From NCBI GenBank assembly GCA_000708835.1, contig DF237042.1, forward strand, positions 124,001-188,000: 64,000 nt of DNA. Reading direction: 5' to 3'. Under the pieces are notes generated by a model. That model searched no databases and had not been told where the DNA came from. It saw nothing but the letters and a program-made list of their open reading frames with translations. The first letter of the stretch is position 1. Each line of letters starts with the position of its first letter. The position numbers were made by a program, and so were the translations under genes. Of the stretch, positions 49,177-60,900 are shown one piece after another. This DNA is from Klebsormidium nitens. Its lineage: Eukaryota; Plantae; Klebsormidiophyceae.

Positions 49177-52100
49177 GTCTTGCCATCATCCTTCCTGCAC
49201 GCCCGCTCGCAACCATTCCTCCCACCGCGGCCAAACCTGCCCTGCCTACAACAGGCCCCCTCCCAGCAACGCCTGCTGAATCACACCCCCCGGACACGTC
49301 AGATCAGAGCTCATGCGCCTGCGGGTGCAGCCGCAAGACCGGTCGCCCCAATTGACGCGGCAAAAGGAACGATTGAGGGTTTCAATGCGTGGCTTCAAAA
49401 GTCGCACTCGACTGAACTCACAAGATGGCTAGAGGTGAGGCAGCGAATCTTGGCCGCTTGGCCGCAAGTTTTGTGAGAGCTATGCCGGACCAAGCCCCCT
49501 ACAGTTCTTGCTTGGGGGACAGATTCAAGTAGGCTTCCCTTTCCAGGCTAATAGTTGTCTTTTTTAAACCTTGAGGCTCGTTGGAGCAGTCCAAAGAAGA
49601 CAACATGAGCCCTTACCTGGCTCTGCGCATAATTGGCAGACTGTCGAACACTTTCTTGCACAAACAGCTTCGCCCCGCCTCCGGTTCCCCCGTGTGTCCT
49701 GGTCCTAGGCTTCTTAGTCCATACTCTCTCAACACTGGCTATGCATCACCCTTCGATTGCTGCTTCAATTGTGTCTCGGTTCCTTTCTCATCTCTGTCCC
49801 ATCAAACCTTCATGGACTACCTTTTACCCCATTCACCCCGCACTTCCTATCTATGTCTCTGACTCAGACCGTTCGTCAAACAGAGGGCGGCTTTCCTTGT
49901 CGTAAGTATGAATCAAAAGGTACACCAGTCATACGCATTTTCAGTATGAAAGTACCCCGAACTTGTACATGGCCCCCTCTTCCTTCCCCTGCTTCCTTCC
50001 TGCCCTGGGAACACTAGTAACATCTGTCTGACATCATCGTGACCCTGCGATGCTCGCCTTTGGTTTGATATCGTGTAAGATCTGGCCCTTGCTGATGCGA
50101 TTAAGCAAGGCCCTCTCACAGGACCCTGATCGAACGCGGACCTCGAAAATCATGTACTTGCGTCAAACTTCAGGACCAATCCCTGGACTTTTGAAGCACT
50201 GCGCTGATGTCATCGTGTCCTCGGCAGGAACATCTGGACGTCCACCCTCCATCTCTCAACGTGACCCCGTTTTCAAGCACGGGCTTGTATCATAAGACCT
50301 AGACCTTTGACTTCCTATCTTGATGTCATCCGTCCCCCGCAGCCGCGCAACATTGTGCTTCCAATGTCTCCACATTGTTGGAAGCCCCTGCCACTGCATT
50401 TCGCCAGTGACAAGCTACTCTTTACAGGAAGAGTGCTTGCAATACACGTCGTTGTCTCCCATCCTAAACTTTCTCGTCGTTTAGGAACCTGTGTTTCCGT
50501 ACTGACGTCATTCCGACCGCGGGGCGCTCGGTGTCGAGCTGCCTGGCCTTTTCGCTTGGCTTTCCCAGCCTCTGCACAAGAAGTCCAATCACTCAGAACT
50601 TTCAATCGGAAAATGCAAAAATCCGCGTGCTGACGTCAGCCGTCCCCCGCAGGCGCGCGGCATCGTCCTGCCCGACTTCTTCGCGTGGCTCCCTCAGCCG
50701 CTGCACAACAGACTACATCACATCGAGGACGAGCTCGGCATCTTCACGCAGGAGATAATCCTCGCGCTCCTAGTTCTCCTCTTCATCCGGGAGCTCAAAA
50801 ACGTGCTGTACTTTTTCCACGACAAGTGGTACAACGTGCTGCACAAGAAGCAGACGGACGTGTACATGACGCACAAGAGGAAAACGTTCGAGCACACCGT
50901 GTTCGGCGCGCTCGAGGGCCCTCTCAGCGCCGCGACGTTCCTGCTCTGGGCGTCCCACGTGTGAGCGCCACGTGGCCTTAACTCGCCATTTCTACTGGGT
51001 ACCAGCATTCCGGGAGGCCGACTCAAATCCCTTCACCTGGATCCTTGGCGTGTCTACATTTCTGCGAGTCGACTGCCTTTCGCCTCAGGCTGATAGTGAA
51101 CCTTCAGCCGCTCACCACTTGACCTCGAAAATCTCCAGGCAAGCATCTGGATCAAAGAATGGTCTCCACGTCCTTATACGAAGGAATATTCAATTGTCGT
51201 GAAGTTTCCAATTTCGGCTCAATCACAGTCCTGGAATCCGCGAAGAGGGCGGGGTTTTTGCCCTGCTTAGTGTCTTCGACAAGTACTGAGGTTTTAGCCC
51301 AGGTTTGAAGGCTCGGGGCTTGAAGAATCCGCGGTCACCATATTCATTTGGTTTAGACTTTGAGGGCTTCGAAAGATAGCGGTCTTGTGTCCGACTAGGG
51401 TACTGACTTTTATCGTTCTCGACCAACAGGCGGTCATATTTACTCGAACCCAACCTGTTCTTAAGCTCTGCAAAAACGCTTGTTGTTCCCCATATACCGA
51501 CTTTTGGCCACGGTGTCGAAAGCAATCTCCTTGGATCATGAAAGGAACCGCTGACCAAGGCGCGCGACCCCAGCAGTGGTCTTGGCTGGGTTAAACTTTT
51601 CCTTCCAAATTCCCTTGCTCTTCAATCTTCCTCTCAGAGATTGACCGAAGTGTTTCTTTCTTGGCTCGTTGATTCTGAGCTGACAAAGTATTTGTTTCTC
51701 CGTCTGCAGATACACCGTCATTGCCCCTCTTCTCCACATCAAGTTCTCGACCAAGGCGATCGCAGTCTACCGTGAGGTCAGCATCATCGGGGTGCTGACG
51801 TGGTTCGCCCTCAACTGGAAGAACAACATCATCGGCGAACTCAAAGCGCGCTCCTCCGAACAGGTGGGACCGCTGGTTGAAGATCGCGGAATGGACAAGA
51901 CCGTTGGGGACTTTTTTCATGATTGTGGTACTTTCAGCAGCAGGATAGGCTAGGTTTTCTCCCGCTTTGTGAGTTTCATAATGTCCGGACGTGTCTTCTT
52001 GCCAATCTTTGGATTCGAAGTCGACGTCTTGAGTTCGTTCATTGTGCGTAGTTTTGGATTTTCTTGTTTCGACGGTGACGGCTGCACTGCACACACCCAG

Positions 52101-55100
52101 TTGCCATCACGCACAGGTAAAAGGAGTCGCGAACAAGCATCCAACGTACCAGTTTGCAGCAGTCGAGGTCTTCGCTCTATCCTAAGGCTCCGAAAGGTGA
52201 CTTGTGCCATTGCCGGTGCTTGAACCGCTTTAGTTCCTCTTCCCTGGGGAGCGTCCGTTTGACGGAAAATACAAAACAGAAAGACTTCTGCGTGTCTTGT
52301 CGCTCTTTCTGTGCTGAGAGGCTTTCCAAATAGGACACGATCCCCAAAGAGTTTCGCCTTCTATTTTTCATTCTTCCAGATTTCGGCAAGAAGAAAACCC
52401 CCAGCTTTAAGCATGTGTTCATGATGAGTTGAGACTTTGTGTCAATCGAGAAGTATTTGGGTTTCCAGCATTTTTGTCTGTGGTCCAAGTACACCCAGAC
52501 CTGCTCTTATATCAAACTGTGTGCTTCGCCTCCAAGATCCCGCCGGGATTTCCCCCCTGGCTCGGAGGACCGCGAACGAGTTCCCGCACTTTCGGCCGAC
52601 ACGAATTTGATTCTCTCCACGAAGTTAAAACCTCAAATCTCTTCTTGCAGAGCACAAAAGCGTTGCTCGGCGAGGACCGCAGCCAAGTTCTCACTCTTTT
52701 GGTCGCCGCAAAATTGATTCTTTCCAAGATGTGAAAGCCTTTAGACCCTTCTTGCAGAGCACGAAGGCCCAGCTCGGCGCGCTGGACAAGCTGGCCACGA
52801 TCTTGATCGTTAGTTTCGGGATCATGGTAACCGGCGAAATTGCGGGATATGCTTTCAAGTCAATCCTGGCCCTCGGGGGAGTGTCGGGTGAGTCTACGTG
52901 TTCTGCTCTTTTTCTCAACCGTCGGTTAGAAATGCGAGAAGACAGCTGAGCAGTTTTGTCAAAATGTACAGCTGTGCATCACCCGTGGAAAATGTGTAGG
53001 GTCGTTCGCACCGTTCCGCTCTTCCGCTTCGGCTCGGCTTTGGCTTTTCGCTTCGGGACGCTGACAGCTCATGGTCACTCCAGCGTGCCGGAATGAGGGC
53101 CAATAAGTGTCAATGGCACTTCGCATCGGTTGCAGAGCTTGACTTACCGTGAAAGTTGCTGTCGAGCGCGCACGTATTTGCCAAAGCAGTTTCAAATCAT
53201 AGGCTCCGCAGCCGCCGTGCTTAAGCATGCTAGTGAAAGAACAAAAGATCGCATGGCGTCAGCATGACGTGGGTCCTCTCGGTGCAGGTATCGCAATCAG
53301 TCTGGCCGCGCGCGACGTGGTAAGTAACATGTTCGGGGGTACGATGCTGTACCTCACGCGGCCGTTTGCGCAAGGCGACACCATCAAGGTACGTGCGCAT
53401 TCACACCATCACAGTACGTGCACATTCACACCCCAGCTCTCCAGCTGGAACGTCAGTCCACTTGGCATTCGTCCGAGTTCCTCACTTCGCCTCGCTTTTC
53501 CCCGATTTGAGGTGGTCGTTTTCCTGCTGTTTCACGGATTTTGAGATTGACAATGTGCTCGAGTTCCGAGCTGTAGAGACTAGGCGTTGGGTAAGAAGAA
53601 CCAGCTCTGCAGAAGTAGGAGAAGATCCTCGTCCGACAAGAGATCTTCTTTCAAGGAAGGATTGGGACGCTGATGTTCGCTTCGGTGGCTGCATAGTGCT
53701 TCAGTGTCGTTGGGACGTTGCATTGCGGTTGCAATTCTGTGTTTCTTTTCACTGCCAGAGCCTTGTTTCTGCACCCAATGACGTGGCACCGAGTCTTTCA
53801 AGCGTCTCCTGACGTCAGCTGACGCGTGCTGACGTCACCCTGGCAGGCGGGCAACGTAAACGGCCAGGTGGTGGATATTGGCTTCTACTCGACCAAGGTC
53901 ATGACCCCAGACAAGCAGCCCACGTACGTGCCCAACGCCTACTTCACAAATCAGGTGAGCAGAGTATGCCAAGCAGATCTCAGAATTGCGCAATGGCCAG
54001 ACTCGTGTTGCACTCTTTCGATGTCGTCTAACAACATCCAACGATAGGTACCGTACTCATCAGCAAATAAATAATCATTTGGCCTGCCGAATGTGTCAGA
54101 AATATATTGCAGGCGGTAATGGATCGATAACGGTATGTTTTAGCAGGTAACATTGGGTCTGGCGAACTCCTAAAACGTTTTTGAATGATTTTTTAGTCGT
54201 CGAATCTGACGAAATTAGTCGCTGGTACGGTATGCAAGGTTGAGCTAGGAGCAGCCCAGTTGCTCAGAACAGGGTACCGCAACCGCACAGGGCACAACCT
54301 TGGATAGCACCGAGTTTGGTGTGTCCATCTTACAACGTCGAAAGGTATCCGGTGGCAGCAAGGCTTCGTGATGCCTCTCTGCCGTTCCAAACTTCTGCGC
54401 TCCGCCTAGTGAAGCTTTTTCTGTTAGAATTTAGGTTTGTGCTTTACATCTGGTGTTTGGGGCTAGACGCCGCAGTCGGATCTGCCCCGCCTTTTTGCAA
54501 TTGGTATCCGCAAACCTGGCGCTGAGACGGAGGAGCGAACTCTGTTTCTTTCTTTTGTGGAACTGCAATGTTGTCTTATAGCACATTCACAATCGCACGT
54601 TCACATTCCTTCGCTGGATGTATAGGTTTCTCTTGCCATCGCCTTCCCCCAGGCCACGCTAGCTTCATCGAGGCACTCAAAGGGCTCCGACTACCCGGTT
54701 CTTCTTCGTGATTCAATGCCAACTCTTTCTTTCTGGCTGATAAGCGAGCGCCCGACCGACAACTTGGGGAGTTCCGTGTCGAACGCCGCTCTCAACAAAC
54801 TATACCAGGACACTTAAAACCGGCATAGAGACTCCAAACTTTTCGCGGTTTCTCTCCGACAGGTAATCACAAATTACTCCCGGGCCACAAACCGGGTGCT
54901 CAACGCTGTGTTCACACTGCGGCACCAGGACCTGGTTAAGGTTGACCACATCGTTGACCAGATTCGGGACCTGCTGAGCTCCCACCAGTCGATCGACCTC
55001 CAGTCGTCGGTTAACGTCAACCTGGTTAACGTAACCCCGTACAACCTGGAGATCCAAATCAACGCTGTGACCAGGCCGAACATTGTGAGTGGCCTCTGTC

Positions 55101-55671
55101 ACCCTTTTTGCTGTTAGTAGATTGTTCGAATACGAGGGCAGAAATTTGACCATATCCGCGCTCTCTTGCAGGGGGTTCGAGGGATTGCCCGAACCTCTTG
55201 TTAGCGTTCTGATAGCCTCAGTTGCATGGGCAATCACGTCCAGTATCTCAGGTCGCGTCAGTAGCGCCAAGACTGAGATCGGCTGTGTTGGACTGAGCTT
55301 GATCATTCTCCCTAGATGCTCGACGTCAGAAGGGTTGTTTCTAAATCTCAAAGAACGTCATGGTCAGAATCGAAGGTCAGAAAGAATTCTTGTCCCGAAG
55401 TATCTTTTCCTTGAACTGCAAACCCGGTGTCTGTTTCGCAAAGCATAAAATGATATAGCGTTACCCCGCAACGGACTGCCTGCCTCGTCCTGTTTGCCTT
55501 CTGCTCGTGCGTAACGCTCATTTTCGACCTTCTGAGCAGGGCGGCGGCGAATTCAACAGAGCCAAGCACGACATATTCATCCGGATTGCCCAAATCATCG
55601 ACCAGGCGGGAGCGAGGCTTAGCCCATACCCGGATCAACCTTACCCGCCGATCCCTATCCCCGCAAAATAG
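49177..55671 (+). CDS. Mechanosensitive channel of small conductance, MSL1-like (paralog b), with plastid/mitochondrial-type leader; ATG exon not certain
   Basis: Exons 49177-49434, 50653-50960, 51710-51863, 52758-52887, 53288-53388, 53847-53954, 54863-55084, 55540-55671 (1413 nt, in frame). Motifs: FEHTVFGALEGP, WFALNWKNN, LDKLAT, ILALGGVSGIAISLAARDVVSNMFGG..TRPFAQGDTIKAGNVNGQVVDIGFYST, YVPNAYFTNQVITNYSR. The first listed exon starts at an acceptor (ttgcag|) and has no ATG. Confidence 0.9.
50321..50660 (+). repeat. Duplicated branch point and acceptor upstream of MSL-b exon 2
   Basis: tgatgtcatccgtcccccgcagccgcgc (50321) versus the real tgacgtcagccgtcccccgcag|gcgcgc (50631): 3 mismatches in 28 nt, 310 bp apart. 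A weaker copy lies at about 50503. Confidence 0.75.
52620..52780 (+). repeat. Duplicated acceptor and exon start (period 107 bp) at MSL-b exon 4
   Basis: cttcttgcagagcacaaaagcgttgctcggcg (52641) versus cttcttgcag|agcacgaaggcccagctcggcg (52748). Confidence 0.85.
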
Positions 55672-57977
55672 AAAGCTGTGCTGACCCATAAGCTTGTGTT
55701 GTTGATATAACAGATGGGCTGCTATCAGTCTTAATCGTGCTTGCTTAGAGTACATACTATTTGATGGCTTGGAAAGGGCTGACTGGCAAGAAGCTGCCAC
55801 TCTGACGCTTTGCTTTTGGTGTACATAGGGTGTCAGTCCTGATGAAACGGGCACTAGGCCGGACAATGGCAGCGCAAACCTTGATGTCGGTAACTCTCAG
55901 GTCTAATTGGCCGAAATGTCCAGACGTGGATACTTGTGGGTATATTCGAGGTGGATCCGCCCCCTTTTGGGTGATCTCTAGGTTATCTTTCCGTCATCAA
56001 CCCATGTCCGTGTGCAAACATGGGCCGGCGTGCAGCGTACGTCATATGCTGTCACGCCTCCGACTATGATACATTGGTAATTCGCGTTTTGTCAATTCGG
56101 AACTGAAAAGGCCAAAGAGTTGAGCTTCGGATGTCAACGCGTAAATCCAAATCTTTCGTCATCTTAGTGAGATGATCATGCAACTCAGAATCCAGATTCC
56201 GCGACAAGACTCAGATGTCTTAAAGCTATAGCGGGTCACTAGTGCGCGGATTGGATGGTTGCTGGGTTTGCCTAATTCCCACCGTTTGATACACGGGTCC
56301 GGCCAACTCTTATCGATGAAAACAGAGGTGTTGCCTGAACTGCAGGCGGCCGCACCGCATGCGACGCTGGAAATTGACCAAAACGGCACTCGAGTCCTTT
56401 CAGTTAACCCTTCATAACCGTCCAATCAGTACACAAATGCGCATAACTCATCATACATGCACAGTCACTGCACATGCGTATGATAGCATGCTAGCTCATG
56501 CAGCCGTGGGAACGCTTGTACGTGCCGCCATGTGCGATATCTACTATCTAGCACTGCACATGTGGAGTCGCTCTCGATCGTCAACAATTTTATTTATACT
56601 GAGTATTTCCGGGCATGTTTAAGATCGATCGGTCTGATTTAAATGATTCGCTTGCAGCATGTCATGGTCGATCGATCCAAACGCGTCGGATCATCCCTCT
56701 ATAATCTGAGAGCTACATATAACCGTGTTCAATGATGGCCTGATGACTTCATTGTAAGTGTCGCGGCTGTCATGTAAAGTCAAGCTTTTAACATGCGCGG
56801 CGCCGCCAGCTGCTAGGGCCTGACCTAAGGCGCGGCACGGGGCCTACCGGAAGTCAGCTCGCCCTAGATCAATTGGCCACAAGCCCGCGCTCCAACCTTC
56901 TAATTGCACTAACGACCAGGTCTTCGAATAGCAGCACAACATCTCCCACAAATCAGCTGGTAGTTTGTTGAATGGACAAACCCGAGATTCCGCATGCAAG
57001 GTTCAGACTCGCGCAAGACTCAACGCCGCATGAGTCGAACGTATGCCAATTCCTTCGGCCTGCGTTTATGCAGGCTGATTCATTTTGATAACTATAGTCA
57101 ATCAAGAATCCGGTCTCTCCTTTAACTGACCCAAATCCTTTCACAAACTTGAAAGTACCCTTACATTGTGGGCATTGTCACTATATTGTCTGGTCACAAA
57201 CCCGACTGCCTAAGTTGACGTCCTAGAGGTAAATTATACTTTCGACCACTTTGGTCTGACCACACGTCCTTTACCCGCAAGCCCTCCTCATCATGGACTC
57301 TCCATATTGTCAGTCTTAGGCCTTCGTAAGTGGAATCGTCGTTAAGTCGAGCTTCCCAGGCCATTTACTTTATTTTCATCTAGTCCGAAAGGGAAGGTTC
57401 TGGGCAAAAGCTGAATATCTAACAACTAAACAAGTACCGAGGCTGAAACAATCATTGCCTACTAATCGTTTGTACTTTCAAATTGATGTCCCAGCCTCAT
57501 CGTTCGGCTGTGTCGCACACTTTGACTTCTCCCAAGAGTTTATATTGAGACTAGTACGAACCGGCCTCTTAAGATGTCCTTCGTTTCTCGTCTTGCCAGT
57601 TCTACACCATCTAACAAACTTGACGCAACAACAAACCAATGCAAGTTCGAGAGCCCTAGTAATCTAAAGCCACCGAGGCCCTTGACCCACCTCCGAGTTG
57701 ACAAGCAATCAACTAGACAAACAATAGAGTTCGTGACTGCACAATACGAAAAAGACGACTATCTTGTGCTGGTTTTGAAACCTGCACTCCGAAAGCGACG
57801 AGAGTCTACATGCAGAAACCCGGCAACTCGTAACCCGCATCTACCCGCAAGGCACAAGCACCGAGCTGGTGGTTGATCGTTAACCCGGGTGATATTTCCA
57901 AACAAGTTCTGCTAATCCCATGAGAATCACTAGAAGTCCGTGGTCCCCGGCCACAAGTCCTGCTCCCGCTGAACCCG

Positions 57978-60900
57978 CTAGAAGTGCACCGGGAGCGCCG
58001 TCGCCTTGCCTCGGAACCAAGCCACGGCCTTCAGCGTCAACGAGACGAGCCTGCAGCGGAAAGGCGTCGTCAAACCCGCTCTCAACCAAGAACGCTTTTC
58101 CTCGTATCAACTTCTCTTGGGAAAGAAGATTGTAACTCCTTGCACTGACTGCGGGCCTTATAGTGTAGGACCATATTCCTTCAAGGTATTGACTTGTCAG
58201 CAGACACTAACGAAGTCGCTTACGAGACAGCATCCCCAACAAAAAGCGCGCGCTTGCGCGCGCTCACGAAGTCTTTCCCTAGTTCTTTGCACGATTTCAC
58301 TTCTGAGTTCTGCTTTAAAGTTTTCTGGGGTTTGAGGGTTTGCGGTTTTGCGCGCGCGCTCACGTGTTGACGACGTTGCTGAAGACCGCGAGCAGCTGGA
58401 GCGCGATCATGGTGTAGCCGAGCGCCTCCTCGTTCTTGCGCAGCCGGCCCTCGGGGCTGACGTCCTGCTTGATGACGAGAGCGAACGCGAGCGTGACGAC
58501 AGCCAGCTCGCACACGCAGCTGAACAGCTCCGCCAGCTGGAGGGTGGCCACCACGAACGGCTGGACGAGGAAGACGATATGGGTTAACATCTGGGTTAGC
58601 ACTTGGTTTAGCTGGATCACAAACGGTTGGACGACCAAGACAATTTGGGTTAGCATCTGGGTCGACGTATTCGCGTAATGTGACGTGGCGAGTTTCACTC
58701 AGTCCGCCTGCAAGTCTTATTGCAAGGTCGATTAGATGCTCACACGGAGACGACTCGCTTAGAATGTGAGGACTCGTTTAAAGAGTAGTCAGTAGCTTTC
58801 GTGGCGAAGTTTCGGGAATTTGGAGTCTGTTGCTTCCCCTTTTTCTTGGGTGCAATCCTATCTATAGGGAGAGCTAGCCTCCGGGATTAACTGGGACGTC
58901 ATTTGAAGGATTCGAGTTAGGGGCCGCGGAAAAACTCGTCAACTGAAGGCACGCACTGAAGCGCAAACCACCATAAACTTGCGACCGACATCACCTCCTG
59001 CACGATACTCGTTGCGGTCTGTGCAAGTTCATATCGGGGCTCTGACGTCACGAGAGTGGTTCGTGACGTCACCTTAAGGAGGAAAAGAACGATGACGAGC
59101 AGCGCCCGCATGGCGACGAGGAAGCAGAGCTGCCAGTAGGACGCGCGCACTCCGTACGTGGCGCCCAGCAGAGCGGCCTCGATGGCCTGGACACGTGGCG
59201 GTGCGACATTGGTCAGAAAAGAATCGTGCAAACGTACCGGCTGCTAGCAAGCCAGTATGCACTTACATCGTTTCGACAACTTTGGCAGCGACTGATTCTC
59301 AGGTCTTTATATATGGAAGTGGGCAAATGGATGGATTAGGGGCCAGGCTCGCATTAGTGAGACGTGTCGAAACACGGAGGTACATCATCTTTGGATGTGA
59401 ATATTGCATATATGACTGTTGCAAAAAGTAAAGGGCATTTCGAGCGTGGTCAGATTTCGCATCTCAGATCCTTGATAGACTTTCGCATTTCAGATCTTTG
59501 ACAGACTTCAGACTTCGTTTTCGCTAGCCTCGTCCCCTTTCTCGCTCACTCACCACGACGAGGAGGTACATCATCTTCCACCCGGGGCGCAGGTGCGCGC
59601 CCACGCCGACCTTCCCGACGCGGTGCACCGTGCGCGAGCTCTGGCTGCGGAGCAGCTTTGTCCCCGGCGCGGGAATTCCGGGCGCGGCCTCGAGCAGCTT
59701 CTTGGATGACTTGGGCTTGGTGTAATACGCGAACTCCATGTTCCCCAGCCTACGGCGAACCCGCACCACTTTACCGGGCGCCTCGTTGCTGACGTCACCG
59801 CGGGTGGGCGATTGGGGCTTGGCTTCTCCGAGCGCGGGCTCCTTCGCTTCTTCGATGTCGATAAACTTCGCTCCCGCGTCGTCGACAGATTTGGGGGTTC
59901 CCTCGAGAGGGGCTTCGGCGATCGGGGGGGATCCCCCGGTCAGCAGGCCCTCGGCGTCTTCCACCGGTCCGCCTTTGAAAGAGAGGCCGCTCGGGGCGCC
60001 CTTGCGGGATGTCGAAACGGAGAGGTGCGGAGCGATACTGAGCAGTTCGGACGGGCGGCCGCAGTAGTCGGAGAAGAAGAAGCCGTACTTCGCCAGGAAT
60101 AGGTCGCCGCTCTCGGAGTCCACCGGCTCCCAGGTGCCGCGGAAGGGGGCACGGAACCAGGCGGCGAGGCCCCCCCCCGCGCGGTGTTGCTCGGAGACGA
60201 AGGCGACCGACTTGCTCTGAACCGCGGAAGAAGTATGTCAGGATCGTTTAGGTAATGCTTTAGGATTGGGGCAAGTCCCAACTGCATGTATTCTGAACGT
60301 CGGCTTTGAAGTCCTCTCATCTCCTGGACACACAAACATAACGTTTCGATATGCCGTCTGCTTGATGCATGTTCAATTCTCAGTTTAGAACGCAGCCTAC
60401 ACATGGAGAAGCTACGTAGTACACGTTCAACGAACTCAATCTGCCATACACCCCCCAGCAGAGACGAGTGGTAGTGCCAAGCTGACTGAATCGTGAACTC
60501 TCAATCCAGCAATCGATCGGCGACGACTCTGAGAACGATGAGTTGGTTAAACAAACCGGGACTCAGCTTGCAACCATTATCAACCTGACACCAGTCCAGA
60601 ACCGGGTTTGAGTTACTAATTAGGTTAGCACTTACCATCATGACGTGGCGTGCCAGGATGGACAGCACGAAGAGGAAGAAGCCCAGGATCACCATCAGAA
60701 CCAGCAGGCCCAGAGTGATCCCCCAAGGGGAAGCGCCTGCGATAAGACACACACAACGCGCATAAGAAAGACAGATTTTCCTTTCAGCCTCGCGATTTGG
60801 AGCCTTTTTTTCTCCTTGAGACTTTCTTAGAGCGAATACGGTTTTGAGAATCGTTTCAGAACCTGGTCTACGCAGGTTCAGCAGCTACGGCAGAGAACCG

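Noticed and set aside
58320-58350. Telomere-like tttgagggttt/aaaccc motif
   Set aside because: Only one or two degenerate units inside an intron.
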